Part shown: piece after piece, positions 12,530 through 26,031 of the stretch
Position numbering within the stretch: position 1 is the first letter of the stretch
How the letters are laid out: each line of letters begins with the position of its first letter
Origin: Torpedo marmorata
Lineage: Eukaryota
Assembly (NCBI GenBank): GCA_977017645.1
Contig: OZ360222.1
Location: 225,928,001 to 225,992,000, forward strand
Length of the DNA stretch: 64,000 nucleotides
Direction of reading: 5' to 3'
Position numbers and translations under genes: made by a program
The notes under the pieces: model-generated
Told to the model about the DNA's origin: nothing
Seen by the model: only the letters and a program-made list of their open reading frames with translations
Databases searched by the model: none

Positions 12530-15000
12530 CATTGGGATGATGGGCTATGCCTGGCATGTTCTGCTTAATCAATCATGATTGCGTACAAAACTTTCTTTCG
12601 TGATGATTGAATGTACCTGGTATATTCTATAGTAAAGATTATGGATTGTACTGAATCCTTTTGATGGAATGAAGAGTTGTACCTGAAACATTGTTAGGAA
12701 AATAGATTTTACCTGAAGTATTTTGTTGGCAAAAATGATTTTGCCAGAAAGCTTCTTTGTATGAAGTATTTTGCTGGGATCGAGGATTCTTCACAGAGTA
12801 TTCTAATGTTGTTGTATGATTGCTTCTGAAATACATGTATTGTTTTTGGATGATGGATTGTAGCTTAAAAATGGATATTTGCACCTCAAAAGGTTTGGCG
12901 ACAAGGATCATTTCTAAAATATTCTTTAGTGTTCCATACAGTAGGATAAAGGACTGCATCAGACACATTTTTTGATAATGTTTGTAGTTGGGGTAAAACT
13001 GACAAGTGTCAAAGTTAAACCATGAAGCATTCTATTGTGGTGATGGGATAATGGGGAGGGGGGTGGATAATGTGTGTGGGGGGTGGGGGGGTTGGCGCCT
13101 GACACCTTCTGATTCCTTTTGTTTCAGATGTTCAAAGATGGCTGTATTTGAAGCATTTTGGTTGTAAGAAGGATTGTATCTGAAATGTTTTGTTCCCCTT
13201 CCACTGATGTTCTGTTATGATGATGAATCATAACTAAAATCTTTTATTGGTATTGCGTTTTGTTTGTAAAATTTAAATGATGTGTACAGATGAAATGTAT
13301 TAGGATTAAGGATTATTATTGGACCATTCATTTGGGAGATTGATGTTGCTTGTTACTAAAGCCTCTGTTGGAACAAAGGGTTCTACTTGAAGCATTATGT
13401 TAGCCTGATAACGTTTGTACCTGACATAATCTGCTGGGATGATGGTGGTGTTAATTTGTACCTGAAACCAGCTACTGACATGTGGGATTACATCTTAAAA
13501 TATACTTCAGTTTGGTTAATGACAATGCTTGTGCATTCTTCCTGAAAAGTTTTGTTGATTTAAGGAAAACACTGAAACATATTTTGAGTTGACAAAGTAG
13601 ATTGTGGTTGAAAAATTGTTTTGATGCAGGATTGTACCATGAACATTAATTTGGATGATAGACTGTCTCTGAAATTTATTGATGTGATGATAATGATTGA
13701 ATGCAGCATTTTGATGGGACCATGCTGAGTACAACCTAAATGTGGCTGGGACTAAGGATTGTACCTGAAACGTTTGGTTGTGAGTATAGATTGTACCTAA
13801 AAGATTAATGTGAACTGATTGTTGCATTTGACTTGTTCAATTGTATGGTGAAATGTACCTAAAACTTTGTCAGGGATTTTCTGATGGATTGCAGCTGAAA
13901 TATTCTGTTGAGGTGATGAGGAATAGATTCATAGCAACAGAATGCTTCAGGTACATTGTGTAGCTAGTAGCTGAAAGATAATTTTGTTGATCTGTTTGAT
14001 TGTATCTGAAACATGCTTTTAAAGTGATGTTCATGTCATATTTACTTGTGACTCTTTGAATTATGATGGTGGATTGTACCTGAAATACTTCTTGTAATTA
14101 AGAATGACAATTAAAACATGAGGCTTGATGATATTGATGGATTGTTCCAAAAACATTGGGATGATAATGTTTGTAGCTGAAACATATTTTGCCAGGATAA
14201 AGAAGTTAATCTGAAATATTCCATGAAGTTGACATTGATGGATTGCACCTGAAACAGTTTTCTTGAGATAACAGCCATAGATTGATTGTGCCTGAATACA
14301 ATTTGGGGATGTCGGATTGTACTTGAAACATTATCAGTGATGATGATGATATTTTCAATTGAAACATTTTGTTCGGATGTTGAATTTTGCTGATGATGTT
14401 TCAGGCACAGTTAGTGTAACGGTTAGCGCAATGCAATTACAGCGCCGGCGACCGGGTTTGAATCCGGCGCTGTCTGTAAAGAGCTTGTCCGTGCTCACCA
14501 TGTCTGCGTGGATTGCCTCCAGGTGCACCGGTTTCCTCCAACCCTTCAAAAATGTACAGGGGTTGTAGGTTAATTGGGGTATTTGGGTGACACGAGGTCG
14601 TGGGCCGAAGGGCCTGTTACTGTGCTGTATATCTAAATTTTGAAAAAAAAGAAAAAAATTAAATTAAAAAATTATAATTGGTTCCTGGATCATTTTGGAA
14701 GGAAGTGGATTGTGACAATAGATGACATTTGAAGCATAGTGTTGAGATTTTGGTTGCATTTAACTTGTGTTGTAGGATGAATTTTACTTAGACTTTCTGT
14801 TGAGCTGAAGAATTTTGCATGTTAGGATGGTAATGAATCTTTCCTTGGGATGAAAAATTGTTCTGCTGAGCCCATGTACCAAACATTTTTGGGGTGATTG
14901 TAATGTATTATATCTGAATGATTTTGGTGAGGCAATGAATTTAAACTTTTCCGATAGGGTGAATTGTTCCTAAACTATTCCATTAAAATTATGTTTCTTA
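12530..15000 (+). repeat. Ancient degenerate tandem array, ~32-bp unit (approx. GGATTGTACCTGAAACATTTTGTTGGGATGAT)
   Basis: Core GATTGTACCTGAAA variants recur many times, with ~31-32 nt spacing where adjacent (e.g. 12644/12675/12705/12737; 13757/13789). Confidence 0.7.
14404..14670 (+). mobile_element. tRNA-derived SINE (V-SINE type)
   Basis: A/B box-like head (GGTTTGAATCC), central V-domain-like TCTGCGTGGATTGCCTCCAGGTGCACCGGTTTCCTCC, A-rich tail; second copy at 33896. Confidence 0.85.
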
Positions 15001-15150
15001 TTTCCGTTGGGGCTAAATGTTGTTCTGAAGCAAGAATAGCAACTTTTTAAAATGAATTAATAATTTATTGATCTTTTATCTGCTAAGATTGCATAAAATA
15101 TTTGATCTGCTGCTCCAAATTGGCAATTCTCTCTTTTTGTTTTACCTAAG

Positions 15151-15227
15151 GGGATATGTGTCCAGCCAGTATTGCTGAGTTAAGTGAACCTTCCCCACTG
15201 CTGATGCAAGTTAAACATTCCGATTAA
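15151..15227 (+). CDS. Candidate host terminal coding exon (GDMCPASIAELSEPSPLLMQVKHSD*), gene unidentified
   Basis: Strong polypyrimidine tract and AG at 15128-15150, open frame to TAA, AATAAA at 15661; non-repetitive sequence. Confidence 0.35.
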
Positions 15228-15739
15228 GAGTCCACATTCCTGATGTTCTGCATATGTCTCCTCTACAATCAACTCAGCATGTGACCCCTTTGCTGTATTA
15301 TGCAGGTTTTGCTCTGGTCTGGCAATAGTCCAGCATGCCACAACTTGCAAGGGGCTTGATTTCAACGAGATTTGTCGGTGTTAAATCCTCAATGCTCCAC
15401 AATTAGAGTTTTAGGTTATCTGAAGCATCACTCTAATTTCTACCTAACTGTTTCAAGTTCGGGAAAGAAGTCACTATATTATAGGAACAGATAAAATTGA
15501 CAAATATCATAACATTAAATATGTGGGATGTTCTCATGTAGTATGTCAGGCATGTGCCTTTCTCTTCGTTGTGTGCTTGTTTTGCTGTATCAACAGCTGC
15601 TCTGCAGCTGGACTTCATTTGAATGCAGTTCATGAAGTTTTAAATGAAGCTGTCAGTGAAAATAAATGCATTGAACGTTCAATACTAAAGCATATCAGGC
15701 CTTGTTGATTCCTTCTGAGCCTATTACCGGACTAAAATG

Positions 15740-15965
15740 CAGTGACACAGTGGTGCAACTCGTAGAGCTGAGGGGCAGTAGCTCCAACACCTTCTCTCCG
15801 ACACCACTTGTGTGGAGTTTACACATTCTCCCTGTGACCATGTGAAATTTCGCCAGGTGCTCGGGTTTCCTCCCACATCACTAGGTTAATTGGCCACTTT
15901 AAATTGGCCTTAGTGTGTAAATGCTCAGTAGAATCTGGGATGAGTTGATGGGAATGTGGGGAGAA
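15740..15965 (+). mobile_element. Older, diverged V-SINE
   Basis: CCAGGTGCTCGGGTTTCCTCCCACATC V-domain-like core; GGTTAATTGGCC motif. Confidence 0.65.
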
Positions 15966-17875
15966 TAACGTGGGACTGGGGTACAGAGGTGAAAAAAGCA
16001 AACTGCTGGAGAATTGCGATGGGTCGAGCCACATCTGGGGCAGGGCGTGGAATTGTCGATGTTTCGGGGCAAGAACATACAAGAAGTCTGAGACTGGAGA
16101 GGGAGTAGTCGGTAGAAAGTGGAGAAGGGGAGGGGTGAGTCAGGGTACAGTAGGCGACAGGTAGATCAAGGAGTTGTGAAGGATGATGGGTAGATGGAGC
16201 TAGGTGGGGTGGAGTTGGGAGGCAGGCAGGCCAGTGAATGGTGAAAGTTGAAAAGAAAAAAACTGTCAGTAGAACTAGGTGAAGTGTGGAGTGTGAAAAG
16301 TAGGGACATGAAGGCTACCAGTACTGGAATCTGATGAGTAAGGAATAAAGTAATGGGAACTAATTAAGGGAGAAGTGAAGAGCAGATAGGTAGGGGATCC
16401 AGTGTGTGAAATGTGCAGGAAGAAGGTGCGTTGAACCAGAAAAGGGAGGGAATGAAAAAGGGTGGAGGGGAGATGGAGGCAGTGCATAGGAAAGGAACAA
16501 AGTGTAAATGGCTGCTTGACAGTTAGCGTGATACAATGGGTTGGAGGGCATGTTTCCCTGTTACATGAAGCTTTTTTTTAAAATTAACCTACCTTTTCCA
16601 GAAATGGAATATTGGATACCCCAGCCAAAAGAGGTGATGTTCCCATTTGCCAACTCAATGAATTGTTTATTTCCAGTCTTTGAACTGACAGAATCAAGGC
16701 ACACTTATTAGCATCAATTTGCATGAGTACAGCAAGCTTTGACGGGCACTGTCTCTTGAATGTCCTCCAGTTTAAAATTGCGCAAAGAATTCCTAAAGTG
16801 TTGTTGGGTTGAACGTTGTTACTTGTGATAAGGCACCCACACTTCATATCTCATGATAAATAATCGCTAACCTTTGGCAGATCTTCCAGCGTTGACCTGC
16901 TATTAGTGGCATCTATATCTTTAATGGGAAGGCCTTGCAATTGTTTTAATGCAGTTTGAGATGTTGATGGCAACTTTGGAATTCATTGTTCATCACAAAG
17001 TGAACTACAAAGACAGTAAAGAGTCAACTGCATTAATGGGAGTGTCGTCACACATAAGTCTAACCACGTAAAAATGCCGTAATTCCTGAAGGATATTACT
17101 GAACCTGTTTGGTTTCAAATGACAATCCAGTAGTATTTTTAATCCAATCTCAGATTTGCATGAATTTAGGGTGGGATTTGAAGTTGTGTCCCTTGTTCAA
17201 TAGTCTGGAACTTTGGCTTCTGGACAAGTAACTGAACCACAATGCTTTGCCTCCACAGATGCTGCCTGGCCCACTGAGTTGCTCCAGCAGCTCTTAGTTT
17301 GGCAGTCCAGAACCAAGGGTTGCAGCCTCAGAATAATGTGTTCCAGTTCTGGTTCTGCACTCCCCCCCCCACCCCCCACATTACATTGTACTATGTACAG
17401 TGGTCTAGTCAATGTGACTGGGCTGTAGCCAGAGTTCTGAGCCAATTATAGTGACTTCAATCCAACCAATAGTCACTTGGAGGCTTGGCGAGATACTTGT
17501 TCTTTTTTAAAAAAAAGATTTTATTTAAAATTTTTAAATCACAAAATACATAAAATAAAATATGAAATTATCAAAATATTTGTGATACATTTTCACCCCC
17601 CCTCCCACCCTCCCCTCCCCAACCATCCCAACCCCACTAATCTAATAAAAATAAAAATATAAAATAAAAATAGAAAAAGAAGAAAAAAAAAGAAAAAGAT
17701 AAAGTCAGGAGAATGTCAATCTAATAAATACATCTATAAACTAATTCTATTATGGAGATCAGGTATGCCAGTAGATCCGATACCCAGAGATCTTCAAATC
17801 CTTAAACCAACAACTTTTATATTTGGGCTCCAAATTTTTAAGAAAAAATGATATTTGTTACGTAAATTATAAGTA

Positions 17876-18521
17876 CCGTATATTTCGGCGTATAAGTTGA
17901 CCCTTGAAACCCTCAAAAATGTCTCAAAAAACGGGGGTCGACTTATACACCGGATATACTTTTGAGACCTTAAAATCAGCTCAAAATCGAGTTCACGCCG
18001 ATTCGGCGTATAAGTCGACCCCTGAAAACACGATTCAGCGTATAGGTCGACCCTGGAAGCGCCTCCCCACCGCCAGCGCCGCCTCTCCACGACACCTCCT
18101 CACCGCCGGGCGCCGCCATAAACCACCCAGACATTCTACAATTGTAGAGCCTGAGGTCCCCGCTCCTACCCAGGAGAACGAGCTCCCCGCTCCTGCTCGG
18201 GAGAACGAGCTCCCCGCTCCTGCTCGGGAGAACGAGCTCCCCGCTCCTGCTTGGGAGAACGAGCTCCCCGCTCCTGCTCGGGAGAACGAGCTCCCCGCTC
18301 CTGCTCGGGAGAAAGACGTCGCCGCACCTGCATCTTCCCGGCCAGAAGCAAAGGTTTTTTTTACTGTTTTTTTTACTTACCGGTACTTGCTTAATTTACA
18401 GCTTTGTTACTTGGTGATTGGGATGTTGTAACAAATTTTGGGTTGTTGCTGGGAGGCCCAGACAGCCTGAAAATTGGGGGTCGACTTATCTGCCGGTCGA
18501 CTTATACGCCGAAATATATGG
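17876..18521. mobile_element. Tc1/mariner-pogo-type MITE inserted in the L1
   Basis: TIRs CCGTATATTTCGGCGTATAAG / CTTATACGCCGAAATATATGG; TA duplication; repeated internal TATAAGTCGACC motifs. Confidence 0.9.
18160..18312 (+). repeat. 27-bp GC-rich minisatellite (GAGAACGAGCTCCCCGCTCCTGCTCGG, ~5.5 copies)
   Basis: Directly visible near-perfect tandem repeats. Confidence 0.95.
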
Positions 18522-19768
18522 TAATTTTTTCAAGTGGTAGACACGAACGAAGTTCTGCATGCCATCTTTCTAATCCTAAATCTAAATCAGATTTCCAAGT
18601 AATAGCAATACATTTCTTTGAAACAGCTAAAGCAATTCGCAAAAATTCTATTTGATACATGTTTCATTTCACGAGATACTTGTTCTTGACGCATTTCAAT
18701 TAATTTACTAACAAGTCCAATAGGTTCAAAAACTTTATTAACACACGATGACTTGTAGCAATCTTCAATGACTTAAATATCTTCTTTAATGAAATATAAA
18801 CAATTCTTGATAACAATGTTTAATAACGATTCTTTAAAACGTCTTTAAACTTCCTTTAAAACGATTTTTTATAAATTCCTTTAAACATTTCTTTAAACGA
18901 TTCCTTTAAACGATTCTTTCTAACACTCATTTAAACGGTCAATGAAAGCTATGGCGATCTCACTCACCCTCCTCTAGGTCGCCATATTCTTATAACTTCT
19001 TCTCCCGATTAACATGCATGCCCGACCGCGCATACTCCACCGCGCATGCTCCACCGCGCATGCTCCAGCCACTTCCCCACTGCGCATGCGCCAGTCAGCA
19101 CTCCCGCGCATACGCAGAGTACTCAATAGGCCTAGCATAGCCTACTAATCTCCGTAACTCCTCCAAAACCCGCTGGATACATCAGAATGCCGCGATGAAG
19201 GTAAGTAACCAAGCCTATGTCTCTTACACCAATGTTCTGGAGACCTGAGACTGTTTCCCACCAGGTCAGCTGTAATTTCATTCAATTACTTAAGTAAATC
19301 TGGAATTAAAAATAATTTAGTCTCCGTAACCATGACCATGTAACTATTGAATTGTTATAAACACCCAAGTAGTTAATTAATGTCCTTCAGTGCAGGAAAT
19401 CTGGCACTCTCACCTCATCTGACCCATACGTTACTCCAGACCCACCAATGTGGTTGATTTTGAACTGCCTGTCAGAACTGCTGGCATTACCCAGGAATGA
19501 TGTGCCTCATCTGTTTTTCAAAAAACTTTTGTCCCCTCTTTTCCCACTCCAAATCCCAAACATTTTAAGTCTCACACTTCCCTCCACCCCCCTCACCAAA
19601 CCTATCATACTGCCAATTACCAACTTCTACCAGTGTGAGATGCACAAAAATGCATATTTTCCATGCAAGCTATACACTGTTAATTTTTACCATCCAGCTC
19701 TTAGTTGCAGGGAGATTGTTCAGTGGTTCTGTTATTAATCAAAGGGGTTTTACTTTGTTGATCTGCAG

Positions 19769-19853
19769 ATCTATGGAGTAAGTCTGATATGGATGATGAA
19801 TGCTCTGTGGAACACAATTGTTCCTGGGCTGACGGAACATTGGAGATGCCATG
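19769..19853 (+). CDS. Candidate host internal exon (DLWSKSDMDDECSVEHNCSWADGTLEMPW), gene unidentified
   Basis: CTGCAG acceptor, ATG|GTATGT donor, 85-nt open frame in unique sequence. Confidence 0.45.
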
Positions 19854-21171
19854 GTATGTCATGGAAAATTACTGTTCATGATGAATGATGTCGATTGTAA
19901 AACTGTATTGATATTCTGAACCTTTGCATGATTACCTTCGTATATTTCCTCAAAGGATTAAGCTCATTGATATAGTTTATAAAATAAAAGTTGCTTTTTC
20001 TTAATAACAGGAACTGGCTCAAAGAATCATGTGGCCTTTTTCATCCCTGTATTTAAATGAATGGATTAATGGAGAACACATGGTCCATGTGATCCCCTGG
20101 GCTGGTTTTGATCACTGAAGGGGATCAGAGTGAAAATTTCCAGAATAGACATTTTTTCCTTAATAGCAGAATCTCTTTTCCTATTCAGTTTGCAGGTGAT
20201 TACATGACAATGGAGGGGAGGAGGTGATGCTCAACTACCAGTAACAAGGGAATGGCTGGCTGGACCAGCTGGGCTCTTGCTTGTCATTTGAATGAAGAAT
20301 ATTGTGAAGATATAAAGTATTGTCTGTCAGTATACCTGTTTTATTTACATAAAATGAAGCATTGTGAATTTTTTAAAAATCCCTGAAAATCCATTTTCAC
20401 TGGGGAGGTATTAAAATGTATCAAAAAGTTTTAAAAACATGAAGTCGCAATAAAATTTAGAACTGTGAACACTGAACTACATGGAAAATAGCTTGTCTGA
20501 GTGCTATCTCTCGACAAAAAACAGAATGCATTGATTAAATGAGATTTCATTCGAACTAAAATACTGTGTCACCTTTATTGCATTTAAAATAGGTATTTCA
20601 TTTGGTCCAATAAAAATATAATTGTTTTTCAAACAGAAAATGAAGAATCACTTTTAAACCAGCTGTAATAAAGAATCATTTGAGTTTGTTTGACTTTGTC
20701 ATTTTAATTTAAGAGGTAATGCCACTGCTCACTTGTTTTTACTAAAGCCATATTTACACTCTGTTTAAACTTTTGTAGAAAGTATACTTCTATTATTTAC
20801 AAGACAGGAGTGTGCCTGTCAGCTAGAGCTTATGCTGCAGATGCAACTCTCCTCCTTCGTTTCATTGTATCAGCAGGCCTTTCTTTTCCTTTCTCCCTTG
20901 GGCACTTTCCCAGTTTTCCTTTTAATAAATCTATATTATTGACCTCAATTGCATCATGTCCTCCTATATTCTTTAACATCAACTTCTCCGGTTTCTGCTA
21001 GCCTACTCCCCGTTCTCCCTCTCTTCCCCATCCCTCCGTCTTCTTTGCTCCAGCTCTCCACCCCCTTGCCTCTCCACTCACAGAGCCAACCCCCCTCCCC
21101 CTGTTTGCTGGTGTGCCCACCCTCCCTCATCCACCTATTACCACCTGCCTGTGGGACTGTGCCCCTCCCCC

Positions 21172-21607
21172 CAATAGATTATAGCATAGATTGTACAGAT
21201 TTGCTTCTTTCCTTTCTATAAATTTCAGCAGCAAGAAAAGGCTTAAAAATAATATTTTTAAATGGGAAAATACTAGAGTCTGTTAAAGAAATTGTTTTCT
21301 TTTAGTAGCGTAGCTGCAAGACGTGAGAACCAAGGCCATGCTGTTCTCGAAACTCATGCTAGATGTTTTGCTGAAGTCTGCAGATTACAGGTCATGTAAA
21401 TAGTCGCGAACAGGGTGTAGAATGGAAAGCTAAACCATATAAAAAGGCTTGTGCCCATCTGCGTATGGGCTTTCTTGCAGAAAGACCCTGTTGTACGTAA
21501 CAACCTGTCTTCTCATGTAACAGAGCACCCGCTTTGCAAAGCGAATAAAATTGTGTTGTACTCGCATTAGTTGTCATACACTTCTTTATATTGGATTTAA
21601 ATTAACA
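21172..21607 (+). repeat. ERV 5' LTR
   Basis: Homologous to 31988-32428; TATAAAA ~21440, AATAAA 21544, ends TTAACA; starts CA where the 3' LTR has TG. Confidence 0.9.
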
Positions 21608-21609
21608 TT

Positions 21610-21627
21610 TGGCGTTGCGAGCAGGGT
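21610..21627 (+). promoter_or_regulatory. ERV primer-binding site, tRNA-Ser-like
   Basis: TGGCGTTGCGAGCAGGGT, 2 nt after the LTR; close to the complement of the vertebrate tRNA-Ser 3' end as recalled (TGGCGCAGCGAGCAGGGT). Confidence 0.75.
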
Positions 21628-22355
21628 CTCGCTGGGATCGGAGGTCACCTGCGGACTGAGTAAACGGTTGACGCCCGAAAAGGTAAACCGGGGAGAAAAT
21701 CAAGATGCCTGAGGATCCCTTGAATCCTGTTTCTCGACTGGTCTCCTGATCGGCACGGTCCCTTGTCCGAGGTAGACCTGTTGCCCTGCCGAGACCCCAC
21801 AAGAACCACGCGGGAGGTATAAGAAGACGCTCAAGGTCAGTGAGAGCTGTATACTGTTTATAGTATTTTGGGAAACTGGTAATCAGTGATTGTTTTAAAA
21901 AAAAAATAAGTAGGATTTAGAATTATTCGGCAACCGCCTGTAAGGCAGAGGAAACAATTAAGTAGGTCTGGTTATAAAAACAAAACCTGCAAATCACCGA
22001 CAATTTTTAAACTTTCCTTTACCCCAATGGTGGTCTGCCGACCTACAACCACACATCTCGTCACTTTTCTCGTCACTCCCTAATCCGCATGTTACCCTCT
22101 GCTATGATCCAATGGGAGCTAATCATGAATTTGAGGAATATTGTGCCCAATATGAGGAGACTCCCACAGAAATATAATTAATTGGTGAAATAACGGGAAT
22201 GCAGGGAAAGGTAGCAGTAGTGGATCCATGTTGTGGAAACAAAAGGCCCTTGTCACCCTCCCCATGACACTCTCCAGGTTACTAAAGGACACCGAGCAAA
22301 AGAATTAGGCTTTTTAGTGTACATGCTTGTACAACAAGCAGACCCACAGAGTTTT

Positions 22356-22753
22356 TTTAAAAATATTTTATTTAAAAATTTAAATCACTCGATAATACAT
22401 ATTGTAAAATGCAAAATTATCAAAATACATGTGATATATTTTCACCCCCCTCCCTCCCTCCCCTCCCTAACCCTCCCACCCCTACTATTCTAATAAAATA
22501 AAAAGAAAAAAGAAAGAAAGAAAAAGATAAAGTAAGGAGAATGTCAATCTTCTGCTTGGATTAGAATAGAACTAAATAATATAGGAGAAGATTTCAAAGA
22601 AGAAGTTATTTATAAATGAAATTCTAAATTATTATTAAGAGGAGGTAAAAATTCTCATATTTTAAAACATTTGTTAGTAATATGGAATAAGGTGGATAGG
22701 GACATAGGAGGGAAAGGATTAATTTCGCGAAAAATGCCTTTATGTCAAAATAA
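22356..22753 (-). mobile_element. Short L1 insertion with 5' inversion inside ERV pro-pol
   Basis: Minus-strand 3'UTR/poly(A) 22356-22548 joined to plus-strand ORF2 piece 22549-22753; TSD ACCCACAGAGTTTT / ACCCAAAGAGTTTT. Confidence 0.8.
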
Positions 22754-22794
22754 ACCCAAAGAGTTTTGACCAGCAAGAGTTCCGGAATGGAATT

Positions 22795-25700
22795 TTGCAG
22801 TACTGGCCTAATGTACAATCATGTTTGGCAATAATCCGTCATCTCATCCCTACCACCAAAATTTCGAAAGAAACCAGCCTAGATTTATGGACAGCTTCAG
22901 CCTACGAGGTTGGCCTAACCATGATCCCCCCGGTCCATATCTACATTAAGCTAGGTGTAACCCTCCCCTCTATCCCACAATACCATTTAAACCCGAAGAA
23001 AGAAGGGGTCAGACAGCTGATCGTGTCCTTATTGCATCAGAATATATTAGTGCCTTGCCAGTCCCCTTGCAATACTCCAATTTTCCCCATCCCTAAGCCT
23101 GGGCGACAGGAATGGAGGTTGGTGCAAGATTTACGGAAAATTAATGAGATAGTTCAACCGATCCATTCCATTGTCTCAAACCCCGCTACTATCCTTAGCC
23201 AGATACTTGCAGATTCCACAATATTCACTATTATAGACCTACAGCATGCGTTTTTTGCAATCCCACTGCACCCAGACTCTCAGTATCTCTTTGCATTTAC
23301 GTACGATGGCTCACAGTACACATGGACCCGGTTACCACAGGGTTTCGTACACTCACCCACTATCTTTTCTCAAACGTTGCATAGTCAGCTGCAGTCTATC
23401 GTGCTTCCTAGACATTCAACCATCGTGCAATATGTGGATGATCTATTACTGGCTAGCCCGACCATTGAGGCAAACGCACAGGATACGCCTTTCCTCCTCA
23501 ATGCACTGCACTCCTTTGGTTAAGGCTGGTCAAAAACAGGTAAAGTTTCTTGGAACTCTCCTCAGTGCCACAGAACGTGCCCTCACCCCGGAATGAACAC
23601 AACCGCTCATCACTTTTCCTCAACCAACTACACCGAAACAAAAGCGCTCATTTTTGGGACTAGTTAATTATTGCCGCCAATGGATTCCAAACATAACCAC
23701 CTACACTCGTCTGTTATCTCCATACGCCTCATCAAATGCTCCCCAAACTTATACGTTAACCCCCAAAAAAATGGAGGCTTTTACCAAACTGCATACAGCC
23801 CTCCAGCCCTCGGTCGACCATTATACGACCGCCCCTTTCAGCTATATGTTACTGTTTTAGAAGCATGTGCCACAGCAGTCTTGATACAGCAACATGGCTC
23901 TTACAAGCGGCCAGTTACGTATTACTCCAGTGGCCCAGGACATGGCACCGTGCACCCAGATCCTTCCTGCAGTATACAATTTGGTTTTAGCGGCAGCTAA
24001 TATCACCTTACATCAGCCAGTACAGGTCTTTACGCAACATACTGTGGCGGCTTTACTTACATCCAAACAAACCCAACACCTCACTCAGGCTCGCGTGAAT
24101 GAGATTGCTCTTCTAAGTAACCCATTACTGAATTTCTACAACTGTATAGCGATTAATCCAGCCACTTTCATCACAGACCCACCCGTGGAGATGCAGAACC
24201 CACCCCATGATTGCTTGGAACATAATCACAGGTTGACCACATCTAGGGAGTATTTGCTAGATATCCCATTTAAGGACCCCCAATGTCTTTACTTTGTAGA
24301 CGGCACATCATATGTTGATGACAGGGGCCAACGTTGTGCAGCATATGCTGTGGTTACCCTAACAGCGATAATTGAGGCAGCAGCCTTCGCACAACCAGTA
24401 TCTGCACAGAAAGCGGAACTGTTTGCCCTCACTCGACCGTGTATTTTGTCCAAAGACCAGCCTTCAGTCATTTATACGGATTCCTGGTATGCTTTTGGGG
24501 TGGCTCACAACTTTGGTGCGTTATGGCAGTCTAGGGACTTCTTGACGACGGCGGGTATACCTATCAAAAATTCCATTTTTGTCCATAATCTGCTCAAAGC
24601 AATTAACCTTCCAAGCAAATTGGCCGTTATCAAATGTGAAGCACAAGCTAATAAAACAGACCTTGTCTCTCAGGGTAATACAATGGCAGATGAGGCAGCA
24701 AAACAGGCAGCCACCACTCACATTCTTCAGATTCAGATTTCAGATTTCAGATTTTAGATTTCAGATTTATTGTCAGAGTACATACATGACGTCACATACA
24801 ACCCTGAGATCCTTGAAGTTCCCACTGAAATTGCCAGTGAATTAACAAACAGACATGTCACACGTAAAACAATGGCAGGGGGACGCCCCAGCCACAGAAC
24901 AACAGTCATGGGTTGAAATGGGATGTAAGACCTATCCAACCACTGGATTGTGGATAACACCGGCCAGTCAAATATGTGTACCAGATGTATTTTTACCATT
25001 CTTGCTTGATTACATTCATACTTGTACCCATGTTGGCAAGGAGGGAGTGGTGGAAGTGCTATTGCAAACATGGTGGCACCCAAAATTAGCACAGGCAGCA
25101 GAGAGAAAGACTAGAAGCTGCATGATATATAAAACACATAACCCTGGAAAGGGGATATCTTGTGCCCCAGGACAAACACCCTTGCCAGATGAACCATTTT
25201 CGTGCTTACAGCTTGATTTTATCGTGATACCACGTGTACATAGTTATAAACATTGTTTAGTAATAATAGATGTTTTTAGTCGATGGATGAAGGCAATACC
25301 CATCATGGACAATACCGCTCTAACTGTGGTAAAGATACTATTCCGGGAAATTATACCCCGGTTCGATCTGCCCGAGGCAATAAGTTCAGACAATGGTCCT
25401 CATTTTGTGGCTAAAATAAATGAGGAACTGTGTAATCAATTGGATATTCGGCAACAATTCCATTGCTCCCATTATCCACAGGCGGCAGGAATTGTGGAAC
25501 GGGCCAATGGAATGTTAAAAAATAAACTCGCTAAATTTACAGAGGAAACTGGACTAAATTGGCTAAAGATGCTACCCTTGGCATTATTTGAAATACTCTG
25601 GCTTATCACCTGCAGAGATAATCTATGGGCGACCCCTGCGAACACCTTGGGGAGCACAGTCCAGGAAAATCACAGCATGTGATTTGCTGTCCCTGGGAGA

Positions 25701-26031
25701 AGAATTAATTCAGTATGTCAAAGAACTAACTAAAATATTTCAGGTTTTACATTTGCAGGTACGCCACGCCTATCGCGAGGAATCAGAAGAGAGGGAAGAG
25801 GGTCAACTCCGGCTTGAGCCAGGAGACTATGTCCTGATCAAGAACTGGGGTCGGAGAAAGCTGGAACCATGGTGGAAGGGCCACTTCCAAGTGCTACTAA
25901 CAACTCCGACCGCAGTAAAGGTAGAAGGACAGCCTCATTGGATTCATCACACAGACTGCAAAAGGATTGGTTCCACGGAGGAACAACATGACTCTGACAA
26001 GAGAAAAGGGATTATAAGACAATACAAATGA
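22795..26031 (+). pseudogene. pol: ERV pol (RT, tether, RNase H, integrase), frameshifted
   Basis: WRLVQDLR, LPQGF, YVDD; RNase H YFVDG/SAQKAEL/YTDS; integrase SSDNGPHF, VERANG; WKGHF (GPY/F-like). Confidence 0.92.
24727..24812 (-). mobile_element. Very short LINE 3'-tail insertion (Rex1/Babar-type) between RNase H and integrase
   Basis: (CAGATTT)n followed by TTTATTGTC = reverse complement of AATAAA plus microsatellite tail, like the Rex tail at 53535-53553. Confidence 0.6.

Larger units (their letters stand above)
17505..18671 (-). mobile_element. L1/Tx1 3' fragment inserted in the solo LTR
   Basis: T-rich start, ORF2 C-terminus on - strand; TSD CGAGATACTTGTTCTT at 17489-17504 and 18672-18687. 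Confidence 0.9.
17447..19228 (-). mobile_element. Solo LTR (TG...TA family), interrupted by an L1 and a MITE
   Basis: Reverse-complement homolog of LTR 55775-56314; TSD CCAAT at 17442-17446 and 19229-19233. Confidence 0.88.

Noticed and set aside
14404-14480. tRNA gene
   Set aside because: tRNA-like head continues into a SINE body and tail; no full cloverleaf
12530-15000. CRISPR-like repeat/spacer appearance
   Set aside because: Eukaryotic context, no cas genes, units degenerate and the 'spacers' resemble each other
17904-18431. 175-aa ORF with ENELPAPAR repeats as a host gene
   Set aside because: Lies wholly within a MITE; the frame is open because of a 27-bp GC-rich minisatellite
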